DNA of 54,826 nucleotides, filler included, from Thelocarpon superellum (taxonomy: Eukaryota), in assembly GCA_026025795.1 (NCBI GenBank). It is 2 parts of 2 records of this genome, joined end to end, with 100 filler letters (N's around TTAATTAATTAA, not from the genome) between each part and the next. Parts side by side here need not be neighbours in the genome. Positions count along the whole stretch, not along the records: positions 27,486 to 54,826 come from JAPEUG010000248.1; 1 more part is not named here. The stretch is one strand, 5' to 3'. This document shows, piece after piece, positions 38,056-50,352 of this stretch. The first letter of the stretch is position 1. The number at the start of each line of letters is the position of its first letter. The notes below the pieces were generated by a model. That model saw nothing but the letters and a program-made list of their open reading frames with translations. It was not told where the DNA came from and searched no databases. Both the position numbers and the translations under genes were made by a program.

Positions 38056-41000
38056 CTACGCAAGGATTGTGATGGTGATGGGTGGTGGGGGCAAGTCCCC
38101 GAGATGCGGTGATGGGGGCGCCCGCTCGAAATGGACCTCGCGTTCGGCCGAATCCGAAGGACTCCCTGACTCCATCACCATGGCGGACGCGTTGCGGCCC
38201 AGCAAGCGACGTAAGAAGCGTACGACGGGCGCGGCGAGGGCGTGAATGCCACGGATGATAGGATGGGAGACCGCCGTGACGACGGTGGCCAGACCTCGGA
38301 ACAGAGTGGCGGCGAAGGCGTCGGGGGTGAGACGGAGAAGGATGGCCCAGGGCAGGCAAAAGACGGCACAAAGGATACAGATAGCCCACTGGGTGCCGTT
38401 GAGGCCGACGATCTGGAAGGCTAGCCCGCCCACGAACATGATCAGGATCTGGCCGCCAATCATGATGGCATTGATGACCACGAAGATCCAGTTGCGATGC
38501 ATGCCCTCGAAGATGTTGAACTTATTATCGAGCCGTCGGCAGTTCAGCTCATTAAAGATCTGCATCCAGACAAAGGTATTGAAGACTATCGTCGACAGTT
38601 GTGCCTTCTCCGCGTCAGTCGAGTATCCGAGGATCTTGGGCCCGAGGAAGTAGAGGATGAAGGTCACGACGAGCTGGTAAACGGCCTGTCCTGCAATCAT
38701 CTTCCACATATTCACCGAGATCAGCGCGGCTTTCTTGGGCGCTGGTTTGCGATCCAAGATCTTGGAGGTCGGTGGATCGGTGGCCAGGGCTAGGGCGGCG
38801 AAGGTATCCATGATCAGATTCACCCATAACAGCTGCACGGCCGTGAGGACCGAACGTCGGTCCGCATTGGACACGGCCGAGACGAAGGCCAGGACGACTG
38901 CAGTAATGTTGACTGTGATCTGAAACTGGAGGAACTTGGCAACGGCGTCATTGACTGCGCGACCCCACCTGATGGCCGTGATGATGCTCGAGAAGTTGTC
39001 GTCCATGAGGATGATCGACGAGGCCTCCTTGGCCACCTCGGTGCCGGCAATGCCCATGGAGAAGCCAACATCGGCGCACTTGAGGGCCGGTGCGTCGTTG
39101 GTCCCGTCGCCGGTCACGGCGACGGTCTCCCCCAAGTATTTGAGGCGGGCGACCAAGATGCGCTTGTCCTCCGGCGACGACCGAGCCAACACCTGGAGGC
39201 GAGGCAAGATGTCGTCCATCTGATCCTCAGACAGCCGACGAAATTCGGGGCCTTCCATGGCCACTCCCTGTGCCGTCTTGATGCCACATGTGGACGCGAT
39301 CGCCTCTGCCGTGGCGGCGCTGTCACCCGTGACCATTCTCACCGTAACCCCGGCCGCCTGACAAAGTTGGACAGCATGCACCACCCCTGGCCGTAGTGGA
39401 TCTTGAATGCCGACGACGGCGAGAAAGGTCATGTCGCAGAGAAGGTCATCGAGCTCGACCTGATGTTTGTCGTCGTCCTTGCACGGGACACCCAGGGGCG
39501 GCCATGAGGGGAAGTCGCGGTACAGAAAAGCGATGGTGCGCAGCGACTGGTGCGCGTAGTCGTCGATGGCTGATGAGAGCGACGTTCTCATCGCGTCCGA
39601 CATGGATTCATGCAGTAAAGGCGCGCTGGAAGCCTTGGGCACGACCTTGGTGACCTTGGTGGCGTGCGCCAACAAGATCTCGGCGGCGCCTTTCACCAAC
39701 ACACGATAGTCGCCGCACGGTAGCCGCACCACTGCTCCCATGCACTTGCGGCGAGAATCAAACGGGAAGAGCTGGGTGACATCTGTGCTCGCACGCTCCT
39801 CGGCCACGGGGCCGATTCCGATATGATCCTGGGCGAATCGAAGCAGGGCCGTTTCCGTCTTGGAGCCGATGAACGACCGCACCCCTTCTTGCTCGCCCTC
39901 GAAGGCGGTGGAGTTGATGACAATTGACTGCCGCAAAATGTCCTTCAACGCCGTCGACAGGTACTCCATTACCGAGTGCGTCGGAGCTATGGACGTCGTA
40001 GCACTGCCTCCCAGCACCGCCTTCTCCACACCATCGCGGTGGGCAAAGCTAGCATCGCTGCCCACCGTGCCGGCGACAACGGTCATCTTGTTTTGGGTCA
40101 AGGTGCCGGTCTTGTCCGAGCACACAGTCGTGGCGTTGCCCATGGTTTCACATGAACGTAGCACCCGGACCAGGTTGTTCTCCTTGAGCATGCGGGTGGT
40201 GGCAAAGGCAAGGGCCAGCGTGACGGCCAAGGGAAGACCTTCAGGCACAGCTACGACCACGATAGTGACGGCCACGATCAGGATGTCAAAAAACGATCGG
40301 GCTTTGACCGCGGCGGATCCCGTGTTGCTGGATAGAGTGGCAAGAAACTCAATGAAGAGGACAACGAACAGGAGAAGAGCGGCGCTGCAAGAGAGGTCAG
40401 TCCATGACGGGCCATGGCCGGGAAGAGAACATCCGCACCCGCCTCCCAGCTTTGCAATCGCACTGGCCAATCCATTCAGCTTCACCTGCAGCGGTGTCTG
40501 CTCCGACGGCTGCTGCAAGGCCAGAAGGGTCTTGCCGTAGCCGCTGTTGACGCCAACGCTGGTGACCAGATAGGTGCCAACGCCCTCGAGAACCTTGCTT
40601 CCGGCGATGATGAAGGGATCAGACTTGGATGAGGCCACTCCGAGCAGCAAGTGGCGGGACACCACGTCGCCTGGCGTCTTCTTCATCTGATCCGATTCTC
40701 CCGTGGCCGAAGACTCGTCGCATTTGATGTTGTGGCCGCCAATGAAGACGCCATCTGCAGGGACGAGATCACCGGGCTCGAGATGAACCACATCGCCCAC
40801 AGTCAGGTCGAAGACCGAAATCAAGGCGGTCGCTCCGGAACGGTTCACTTTGACGAGGCGATCGTCTTTCTGATGCCTCGTTAGCACCGGACCATCCCGG
40901 GGACGCCACACCTACTTTTTTGTTAAGCTGCAGGAACTGTCGCTCCTTTTGCCAGTCATTGATGGCTCCGACCAAGACGACGATGATGATCGCCACGCAG

Positions 41001-41836
41001 ATCGCCACGCCCTCCACCCAATCCACCGGCCGTGGCTGACCGGGCGCTGGCTTCTGGCCCACTGCCTCGTACACGCCGAGCGCCAGCGAAACGACAGCGG
41101 CAATCGTCAGAAGAATCAGGATCTTGTCGTTGTACGCCATCCACATCAAGGCGAGGATGCTCGTGCCTTTCTTCTCCGGAAGACGGTTGTCCCGGAACAC
41201 GCGGAAGCGCGACAGGAACTGGCTTGACTTGAAGGCCCCCGCTGCAGCTGCAGCTGCAGCTCCATGTGACACCGGAGCGATGTACTCGGCCTTGGATGAA
41301 GCAGCGGTGGGCAAGACGGCTTCTTCAAACGTGACGGTGCCTGAGAGTTCGGCCTCATCGACACTCAAGCCTGCGGACAGATCCGTTCGGAGGCCTCGGG
41401 CCAGACCGGAAAGGCCACCCAATGCCTTGTAGGCCGCGAGCGACTTGGGATTCAGCATCTTGTTGAGCTGGCCCGGCGAAAAGGCAAAGGGGTTGTTGGA
41501 CACGACGAAGTCCTCCTCGGTCCCTGGGTCCGGAAGCAAGGCGTCTTCGGTCGAGAGGTCGATGGAACGTGCTGGGGAGGCATAGGAATTTGATCGCGAC
41601 CGCAACGTTTCGCCATCTAGGGAGAGTGTGGTGGGCGAGACCGGAACTTGGAGGGTGAGGAGGGATCGATCATCGCCCACGGAGGAGGGAGTGATGGGTC
41701 TCGATTCGCCACCGCTCTCGCTGCCATTTTCGCGCAGGAACTGCCGCTCATCAGGACACGCTCGTCTGATACTTTGGGGGGAGCTCCATACAGATGTGTT
41801 AATTGAGATGGGAGGCGCCAAGAGGCGATTCGCCAT
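38056..41836 (-). CDS. PMC1: P-type Ca2+-transporting ATPase, PMCA/type IIB (vacuolar Pmc1-like)
   Basis: DESSATGES, VAVPEGLPLAVT, CSDKTGTLT, KGAAE, MVTGD, VTGDGTNDAPAL, QLLWVNLIMDT; FAFSPGQLNKMLNPKSL N-terminal motif; three introns. Confidence 0.94.
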
Positions 41837-42078
41837 CGTGGGCTTCGTGGACCTTGCGCGGCCGCTCAAAAAGTAGTGCGGTGAGAGCGACGGGGTCGCG
41901 TCGCGGAGAGAGTCAAGAAGGAGCGGAAATATGAAGAACAGACGCAGATGTTGGACTCAGACGGACCGCGCAACGTGTGCCATTCCAACAACGGCAAATC
42001 ATAACGCGGTGGGGTCACTGATGAGCTCTCATGTAGAGGCAACGGGGACGTTGCGAAGCTTCCGAAGAGCCAATCTTG

Positions 42079-43060
42079 CACAGCCCCGCCAAAGCTTTTT
42101 GCCGGAGCGCGACCAGGCCGTCACCGACATTTGGGACGTCGAGCAGACTGAGGCGTGTCTTGGCCCATGACGAAGCAAGTCGCCCCCTTTGACTGGCGGT
42201 TGAGGGACCACCGAAGCTACGAGGGCGATGGGCAAAGGGCGAGTACTCATACATGCACGCGTGCCCTGAGCAATGCCGTCGACCGATCTATGCTAGATGC
42301 TCCCCAGGAACTTACTTTGGCACAGAGTTCCGGTTGTGACCCTGCTAGGCGTTATGCCGCACCAGGGGAGGGAGACCGCCACCACGCCTCAAGCGTGCAG
42401 CTGGAGCCGTAGGCGAGACGCCTCCTAACGATCGCCCCGGCGCCAACAGATAAGGAGACGATCGCCCCGGGCTCCTGAGGCAGCTTCGGAACGGGCACCG
42501 AGGCAGAAGGGTCGTCGCTGCAGTCGGCCCTTCTGACACCCTCGCATTTATACTCTGGCTTCCCAGACTTCCCAGGCTTTCTATGCCAGGCTATGCCAGG
42601 GACCCTGTGGCCTTCTGTATGTGATCCACGAGTGCCGCGAGACGGGCCATGACGAGTGCGAGCACGTAGAAGGCCATCTCATCTACGAGAGCTTCCAGAT
42701 ACCACTTCGCCCGCTTCTCAACCAGGCGTGTCCGCGACCGGCGCCGACATGCAGACTGGGGCGATCTACCAGCAGAAGTATCGTATCCGCAGCACCACGC
42801 CGGCGTGCCCCACCAGGTCGAAGAAGCGGGGTAGGAACAGACATGACGAGTGACGCATCGCCGCAGACGGAAAAATGTCTGGGTTGCTGAGTAGGTGATC
42901 GACCCTATCCGCCGAGGTCGCGTAGGACGAAGTGCTACGGCTACGGCAGCAACTGCTGGCTCGGAGCCCCGTGGCCGGCCCTCTGCAAATTCTCGTACCG
43001 AGGCCGCCAAAGGATTCGAGCTGTGGACTGCGCCACAACACCAGCTGTATGCTCAGCCTC
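42079..43060. promoter_or_regulatory. Candidate Crz1/CrzA (CDRE-like) sites upstream of PMC1
   Basis: CACAGCC 42079-42085, GAGGCGTG 42150-42157, CACGCCTC 42383-42390, CAGCCTC 43054-43060. Confidence 0.4.
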
Positions 43061-43979
43061 GAGGCTCGCCACGAGTCGTATTCGTACTCTTTTGACGTTG
43101 CCTCCCCTCGGCGAGGATTTTGCTCTCGTGACCGTGAGGGCCGAGAGAGTTCCCGACCGCTCGTTGTAGTCTGTCATCGCCGCGTGGCCTTCTGGCTGAA
43201 GCAGCATCGGGGCTGACGATTCCATCTGTGTGCACGTCTATTTGCACGCTCGCTTGGACCAACCTCGCAGCAAAGAAAACTCCCTCTTATGATGGGGACC
43301 GGAAATTTGCAAATTCCCCTCGACATCGGCCACCGCCTTGGTAAGAACTGCTTTCGAGTAAACTCAGGAAGACGGTGCCCTCTCATCGGAGCAGGATTCA
43401 TCGCCTTTTCCGCTCCTCTGACGCTATCTTGCACGTCTGCTTGTTGCTGGTGTGGCTGACCAGCTGCGGGACAGTGAATGAATCTCAAGTTCACTCTCGC
43501 ACTCGCTTGCACAAGCGTCCTTGGAGCCCAGAATTAACGCTTTCCGCACGTGCGAGACGGGACCAAAGACGGACGAAGATGCATTGGGCAGGTCGCGGCC
43601 TCGTATCCGTGGGGATCTCAGCTCGACCTGACGCTGTGGGGAGTTTCCGGCGCCTGAGTACACACACACGGAGAAGACTTTCAGGATCGCTCGTTCGGTC
43701 GGGAGCTTAGGGGCACCAGCAGAAGCTTGGCTGCCTTCCTCATCAATCGCACTCCGGCTGCATCCCCGCCGGATGCATGCAGCACTCAAGTGTCCGCGTC
43801 ATGTCGGACCACATGGGGGAGACGCGGGTGGTCGGGTGGATTGCTCGGGCGCTGCTCGGGAGTAAGCTATATCATGGCACGGCCGCGATCTTGTCTGGAG
43901 AAGGTACGTTGGATCCGCTCTCCTCGAAAACGAGGGACGCTGCACTGTTTGCTGAGACCGCGTTGCGAAAGTGAACGCG

Positions 43980-45019
43980 ATGCCTTCTCGACTCCCCTCC
44001 CCGGGCGCTTTGGCCAAGTTTGCCCTTGGATCCGCCCAGATTGCTCTTCTACAGCCGTACGTAGGGGTCAAGGGCGGAGCGTCGGCGGCCTGCCCCAACC
44101 CCCAGGTCAGCTGTCAGAATACGACGGTGGTGGAGAATACCTGCTGCTTCAATGCCCCGGGGGGGGCAACTGCTACAGACGCAATTCTGGGACGCGAATC
44201 CATCCACTGGCCCATCGGACTCGTGGACCATCCACGGACTGTGGTGAGTAGGAATGAAAGAGACCGCCCACCCTGCGATTCTCAGCTGAAGCAGATACAG
44301 GCCCGATCGGTGCGACGGCTCATTTGAACAATACTGCGACTCGTCGCGGCAGTACACCGACATCAGCGGCATCGTGCAATCGGCGGGCAACCAGAACCTG
44401 CTGGAACTCATGAACACGTACTGGAAAGACGTCAACGGCAACGACGAGAGCTTCTGGGAGCACGAGTGGGGAAAGCACGGCACGTGCATCAGCACGCTGG
44501 ACACCGGCTGCTACACCGACTATGCGCCGCACGAGGAGCTGCTTGATTTCCTCAACACCACCGTCACGCTGTTCCAGCACCTCGACACCTACCAGGTCCG
44601 TTACCCCGTGCTGCCCACCGCCCCTTTCCTTGTCCCAATCACCATGCTCACCACAATCACGATATCCTAGACGCTCGCAAACGCAGGAATCGTGCCCTCG
44701 ACCACCGCGACCTACACGCTCGCGGAGATCCAGGACGCCATCTCCAGCGTGAGAGGCTACGCCGTGACGCTAGGATGCCAGCGAGGCCAGCTGAACGAGG
44801 TGTGGTACCATTTCAACGTCATGGGGAGCGTGCAGACGGGCACCTTCCTCCCGACCAGCCCAGGTATGCTTTATCGTCTCCGTACCTACGTTTTCTTCCC
44901 TCCCCGTTGTTGCGCGGAAACGGCTGATTCCTTGGGGATCACCAGACGGCTCGAAATCCACTTGCCCGTCCACGGGGATCAAGTATCTGCCCAAGTCGCA
45001 GAACGCAGGGACGCGGTAG
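43980..45019 (+). CDS. Ribonuclease T2 family, with an apparent +1 frameshift in a G8 run at 44159-44166
   Basis: CAS I WTIHGLW|PDRCDG and [35 protein letters not shown]; three introns; ends [13 protein letters not shown]. Confidence 0.88.
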
Positions 45020-45440
45020 GACGCGGTAGGACGCGGAACCGATGCAGGACCATCATGATGTATTTCTCTTACTCCAACCGTAGAACCGTGGTAGACTGTC
45101 TGTAAGATACTTGCGCATGATATACAATTGGATGAGTAGCTCCTGTCGTGATAGCAGGGTAGTCATGGAGACGATTCGCAGCATCACATTTCTTCACGCG
45201 TTTGATACAGTAGGTATGGTGATTGCTGTGGACTGTACAACAGAATGCCAAGAATCTCCAGTCGGTGATGTAGGAGAGGGAAAGAGACGTGATCCAATAG
45301 TCATGCGGGCTCCAACAGTGATACAAGAACGATACACAACGTCGTGTCAGAGAACAGGGAGGTGAACACTGATGACTCGCGTTCCTGTTCCTTTCCTCCC
45401 GTGAACCATCACCACCAAGAAGGAACGTGAACAGTCATAG

Positions 45441-48400
45441 TCACGTCTGCAGGGCGCGACAGCTGGCGCAATACGACTCATACCAGGTCCTGATCGCCGT
45501 CATGTCTCGGCCGTCAGTCGCTCCGCCGCTATGACCCCTATCGGCGGCGACGGTCGAGTCTTCTGTGCCTTTTGCGTCGCCGGTCCTGTGAGAGGGACGG
45601 GAAGACAACATCATCTGCGCGCGATCGCACTTGGACAGCTCGTCGAATAGCCAGTTCTCCCACTCGACGGCAATGGTCTCGCGCTCGATGGTGTTGATCA
45701 CGCGCATGGCGACGAGGAGGTCGTGCCGGTAGGCGCCTAGGTGCTGGCGGGTGCGCCGGAGCCGGCGCGCGGTGGTGCGGCTGGAGGGGTTGATGGTGAA
45801 GGAGGGCGCGGCGCTGTGGGCGGGACTGGACAGGTCGGACAGGGTGGAGAGGGTGCGGAAGGTGGAGTGGCTGTGGATAGATTCGTGAGCTGCTGAATGC
45901 AAGGTGGGAGTAAGAGGGGGGGCAGAGGACGAGCGGTGGTGGTTACCATTCGTTGTGAGACTCGCTCATCGGATCCGTCGCATTTTCCACCATCTGATTC
46001 AAGTCGTCCAGATAGACCATCTTGCTCATCATCACGTTCGGCCCGACGCCGAGACGCGCCATGAATCTCCCGGCGTTGCGCTCGCGCCACCAGTCGGACG
46101 AGTCGCGCGAGGAGTAGAAGAGATTGGCGAGGAAGCTCAAGGCGAGCAGGGTCAGGATGACATGATGCGCGCTCGTGATCTTCCAAATGGTCCGCAGTAA
46201 GGCGAAGCTCCAGATCATGATGGATGAGATGGCACTCTCGGCCACGGATGCCGACGTCTCGAGCAGCAAGCGCGTCAGACTACGCTTCGTGATGGGGAGC
46301 CGCCGAGCGTTGTTCCTCAGCGCGCTGATGTCCCCCGTCGTCACCTGGGACGCCTGGTTCTGCTGCCCGATGTGACCGAAGATGGTGATGGCTTTCTTCG
46401 TCCGGCTCTGCGCCCCAAGCCGTCGGACTTGGTCGCTGACGACGTCGGCGAGGTCTAGAGCATCCAGTCCAAGATCGTCCAGGGCCTGCTTCTCCACGAG
46501 TCCTGCCAGTGGCTTAGCCATGTCCATCCGTGCCGCGGGACTCATCTCTCATACCTTTCGAGAAGGCGGGCGCCTTGGTCCAGTCCACCTTGGTGTAGAT
46601 GGCCAGTTTGCACTTGGATTTGGCGACGTAGGTGATGACAATCTTGGTGACCAAGGTAAAGTCATCATGATGGGGCAAGTGCCACGGCGTCTTCTGGTCG
46701 GTGACGACGTAGCATAGATGATCGTTGAGGATGTCGATGGACTGCGTGTCCGACACGTTCGCTTGCCGCGAGCGTCCTGAGGGCATCAGCAACCGGGGAG
46801 GTAGATGAGACCGACGGACCCACCAAACATGCTCACGTAGTCAATCTGATACTCAAAGGCGCGTTGCAGTTGCTCCTGGTTGATCTGCGTCCAGGGGCCT
46901 TGCTTGATCCCTGTCGAGCCATTAGCGGCGGAGCGCGCGAAGATGGCGCAGAGGGGGCCCACGTTGTGCACGCCGCTCATGATAGAGCAACTGGAAGACG
47001 GCGCTCTTGTCTCCGAACAAGACATGAAAGAGGGCCTTGGGGCTAATGTCGTAGACGCGCTCGACCACCACGCGCGCATAGTCCCGCGGCACATAGAAGA
47101 CGGGATCGGCGGGCAGTTTGAACTTGGTTCCCTCCTTGCCGTGGCGAGTCCGCGCGGGATCGTCAAAGAGACCACCACTGATCCGGAGCGTGGTGCGTAG
47201 GTCCTTCTCCGTTCGTGTCGTCCCGTCGTCGGCCGGCGTGTTGATAGACACGTCCTCCCAGCTCTCCAGGCTCGGGCTCTCCGGATCCTTGTCCCGCTCC
47301 AATTTGAGCAGTTCGGTCATCAGTCCCTCGAGGTCGAGGGGTTCCGGCGCCACGTGCTTCTGCACCAAGAAGTTCAGCCGCCTTTGAAGCAATCGTAAAG
47401 GTTCGAGGAAGGTCTTGATGGTGATCCGGCTGTAGCCCATCTCACGATTGGCTTCCTTCAGGTGGAGGAAGAGAAAGTCACAGTCTTTCCCCGGCGCCGC
47501 CGTCACTTCCTCGATGCTGCCGAGACTGATGCCGGTGGTGAGAACGAGACCCAGATAGTGGCTGTAGAAGTAGACGTCGTTCGCCGTGACATAGACCCGA
47601 CCGGGGAATTCCTGCTGCTCGTTAGGGTTCCACGAGGCGCGGAAGACGAGCAATAGCTTATGATTCCACGACGCGTTGGGAAAGAACATGCGGAACTGCG
47701 CCTCTTGTGTCTTCAACTGGATGGGATAGTTCCAGGGAAAGGTCTCCGGTGTTCCTGCAATCCGCGGTGCTCTTCCCGCGATGGTGTCGAGACTGGCGGT
47801 CGAGCGATGTCGTGCCGGGGGCGACGAGGAGGAGGAGGAAAGGGCGAGTGTGGAGACACTATCCTTGGCAGCGGACCCGACTTCTTGCACGCCAATGACG
47901 GAGTTCTCCCGCTGGAGGCTCGCGATGGAGCCTGGCTTGGGCGGCGAGTCGTGCGGACCGTCCTGTGCGGGCGCCATCTCTCCACGCTCGAGCCGGTTGA
48001 TGTAGCCCCAGTTGGAGCTGCCCCAGAGGTTGGCCATGATGCCGCTCGGCATGCCTCCGGTCACGTCACTGCGGCCGATGCCCATGCCGCGTTCGCCACT
48101 GACGAACACGGCCATCTTGCTTAGGTTGGTCGGCGCGGGCGGATTGGCCAGCGTGGAGGGCGCCAAGGTACTCGACGGCATCTCGCGCGAGCCGGGACCA
48201 GTGAGCGTGGCTGCGGCCGCCGCCACGTTGGCGATGGTCATCTCGGACTTGGTCGCGCTCTGCGCCAACGTGGACGCCGAGGAGGGTAAGGGCGCGGGGC
48301 CGGAATGGACTGGGAGGATGTTGTGGCTGGCGGAGATGAGGCTGGCGATGCCCCCGCTCGGAGCCATGGGACTCGCGTGCTGCGACGCATCGGCAGCGCC

Positions 48401-49978
48401 CAAGCCGGTGGACTTGCGCGAGAGATCCAGCTTCTGAATGATGCGGGCGGCGTGTTCACGCGCCCCCTCGCTCTCCCGGTCGCCGGCAATGGACTTCCGG
48501 CCGGAGACGTCGAAGCTGCCGCGGCTCATGAGACCGCCTCCTCCGTCACGCTCAGGAACGGGCAAGGTGCTGGTGCGATCAAAGGAGCCGACGGTGGGCT
48601 CGTCGTTCATCTGGCTCCCGAAGGCGTCGGCAGGTCGGGCGGCAAACTCGGGCGCGCTCGGAGGATTGATGGCAAAGGCAGCGTCTCGGCCGTACATCCC
48701 ATGGGTGGGCGAATCGGCGCCGCTCGTGTCCTCGACCGCCTTGCGCTTGGCGGCCTCGAAGGATTCCAGCCATTCCATCAGGTCGTGCTGGGCCTCGCAC
48801 TGCAGTAAGATGGTGTTGTCCTTGGTCTTGACCTCGAAGCAGAAGCGGCGCTCTTCCTGGAAGGCGGGCTTGACGTTGCACAGCAGCACGCCGATGCGCT
48901 CGCTCTCCTCGACGCCGCCAGTCCGAGAGCCCTGCACGAGCCAGCCGAAGATGCCGTTCTTGACGAAGAACCAGCGGCGCACCCACACGGCGCGGGTGGG
49001 CTTGCCCGTCAGCGTGCGCATGAACAGCCAGCCTTGCTTTTCGGCGCGCTCCTGGCCCGGGCGCGCAGGGGCCTTGAGGGTCATGCTCGACGGCCCTTTG
49101 GAGCCCAGATAAGGCACCGTCGATAGGGCATACTCATCCAGCTCGCGTGACGGCCGGGCCAAGGCGGTTGCTTTGTCTTCCAGCATCTTCCGCGCGTTCT
49201 GCAGTTCGCGGCGGAAGACCCGATCTCCCGCCGCCATCTCCACGCTCCAGCTCCGGACGCGCTGCATCTCGTTCCCCACCTTGCCGAAGCTGCCGAGGAG
49301 GCCTTCGCGCGACTTCTTCATGTCGCGCCACTGTTCCGCGCAGACGGTGACGAGTAGCTGATCCAACGAGGTGCGCAGGTGTGGGGCGAGGATGCAGAAG
49401 TCCATGGAGGCTTTGGTGTACATCCGCCGTGCCTCGTACAGCTGAAAGGCGTCTTCGCGGAGGGCCGAGGGTTCCTTGGTCTTGGCTTGGGCGGCGTAGC
49501 GCGCCATGAGCGCGTCGAAGCTCCGTTGCGCCTGGTCCAGCGCCCGGCGGCTCTCCTTGAAGCTGCGGAGCTCTCCCTGCAAGAAGGCGCGGACGGGCTC
49601 GACCAGCAGGGATTCCATCTTCCGCACGCTGGCGATGGTCGAGGTCCAGAATTCCCGCGCGCCCTCGCCATAGCGTTTCATGGCCAGGAGGGTGTAGTCG
49701 TGATCCAGGATGGCCTCGGACACGACGGCCGGCGCGGCCGCGCGGCTGAGATGGTTGTGGACCAGATCCTCCAACACCGAGACCTCGCCGATGAGCTTCG
49801 ACGTGGCGCGGACGTATCCATCCAGCCAGCGTTCGATGAGCTCGACCTGGTCGGCGAAGTGTACGGCCGTGGCGCGAAAGGTGGGGGAGTCGAGGGCAGC
49901 TTCCTTGAGGCCGACGGGGATGAGACTTAACGGCTTGGCCACTTGCTGCAGCACGGGCTGCGCCTGGTGATCCGACAT
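45441..49978 (-). CDS. SIP3: Sip3/Lam1-family sterol transfer protein (BAR-PH-GRAM-VASt/StARkin, C-terminal TM)
   Basis: LKEAALDSPTFRA (BAR), EKQGWLF...WVRRWFFVKNG (PH), EFPGRVYVT (GRAM-like), ISPKALFHVLFGD (VASt); several 3' introns. Confidence 0.88.
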
Positions 49979-50352
49979 GGCCGTAGTCGAGGTCTGCTGC
50001 GGCACCGTTATCCTTCACGGGGCCCCGCCCACTCGAGTCCGTTGAGCCCGCGAGTCCAAGAAGTCAGCGCCCAAGAGACACCATTCTCCTTCGATTCAGA
50101 CGCCGAATCGGCAACGCGAGCCAAAAGCCAAGATCGCGGCCCTGTTGTCCGTTGTGAACGGAAGCGGCAATAGCAATGGGTCGAGTAGCAATCGGGTCGT
50201 CGACCGGCGTCGTCCTCGTCCTCCGTCTCCCACGGAAAGTTCCGGCGTCGTCCTCGACCGGAAAATTCCACTGCACTACGCCGTCCACCTTTCTCTTATA
50301 GACCGCCGCACTCGTTGGCGGCATACGTCCGGCAGCATCTGGTAGGGCAACG

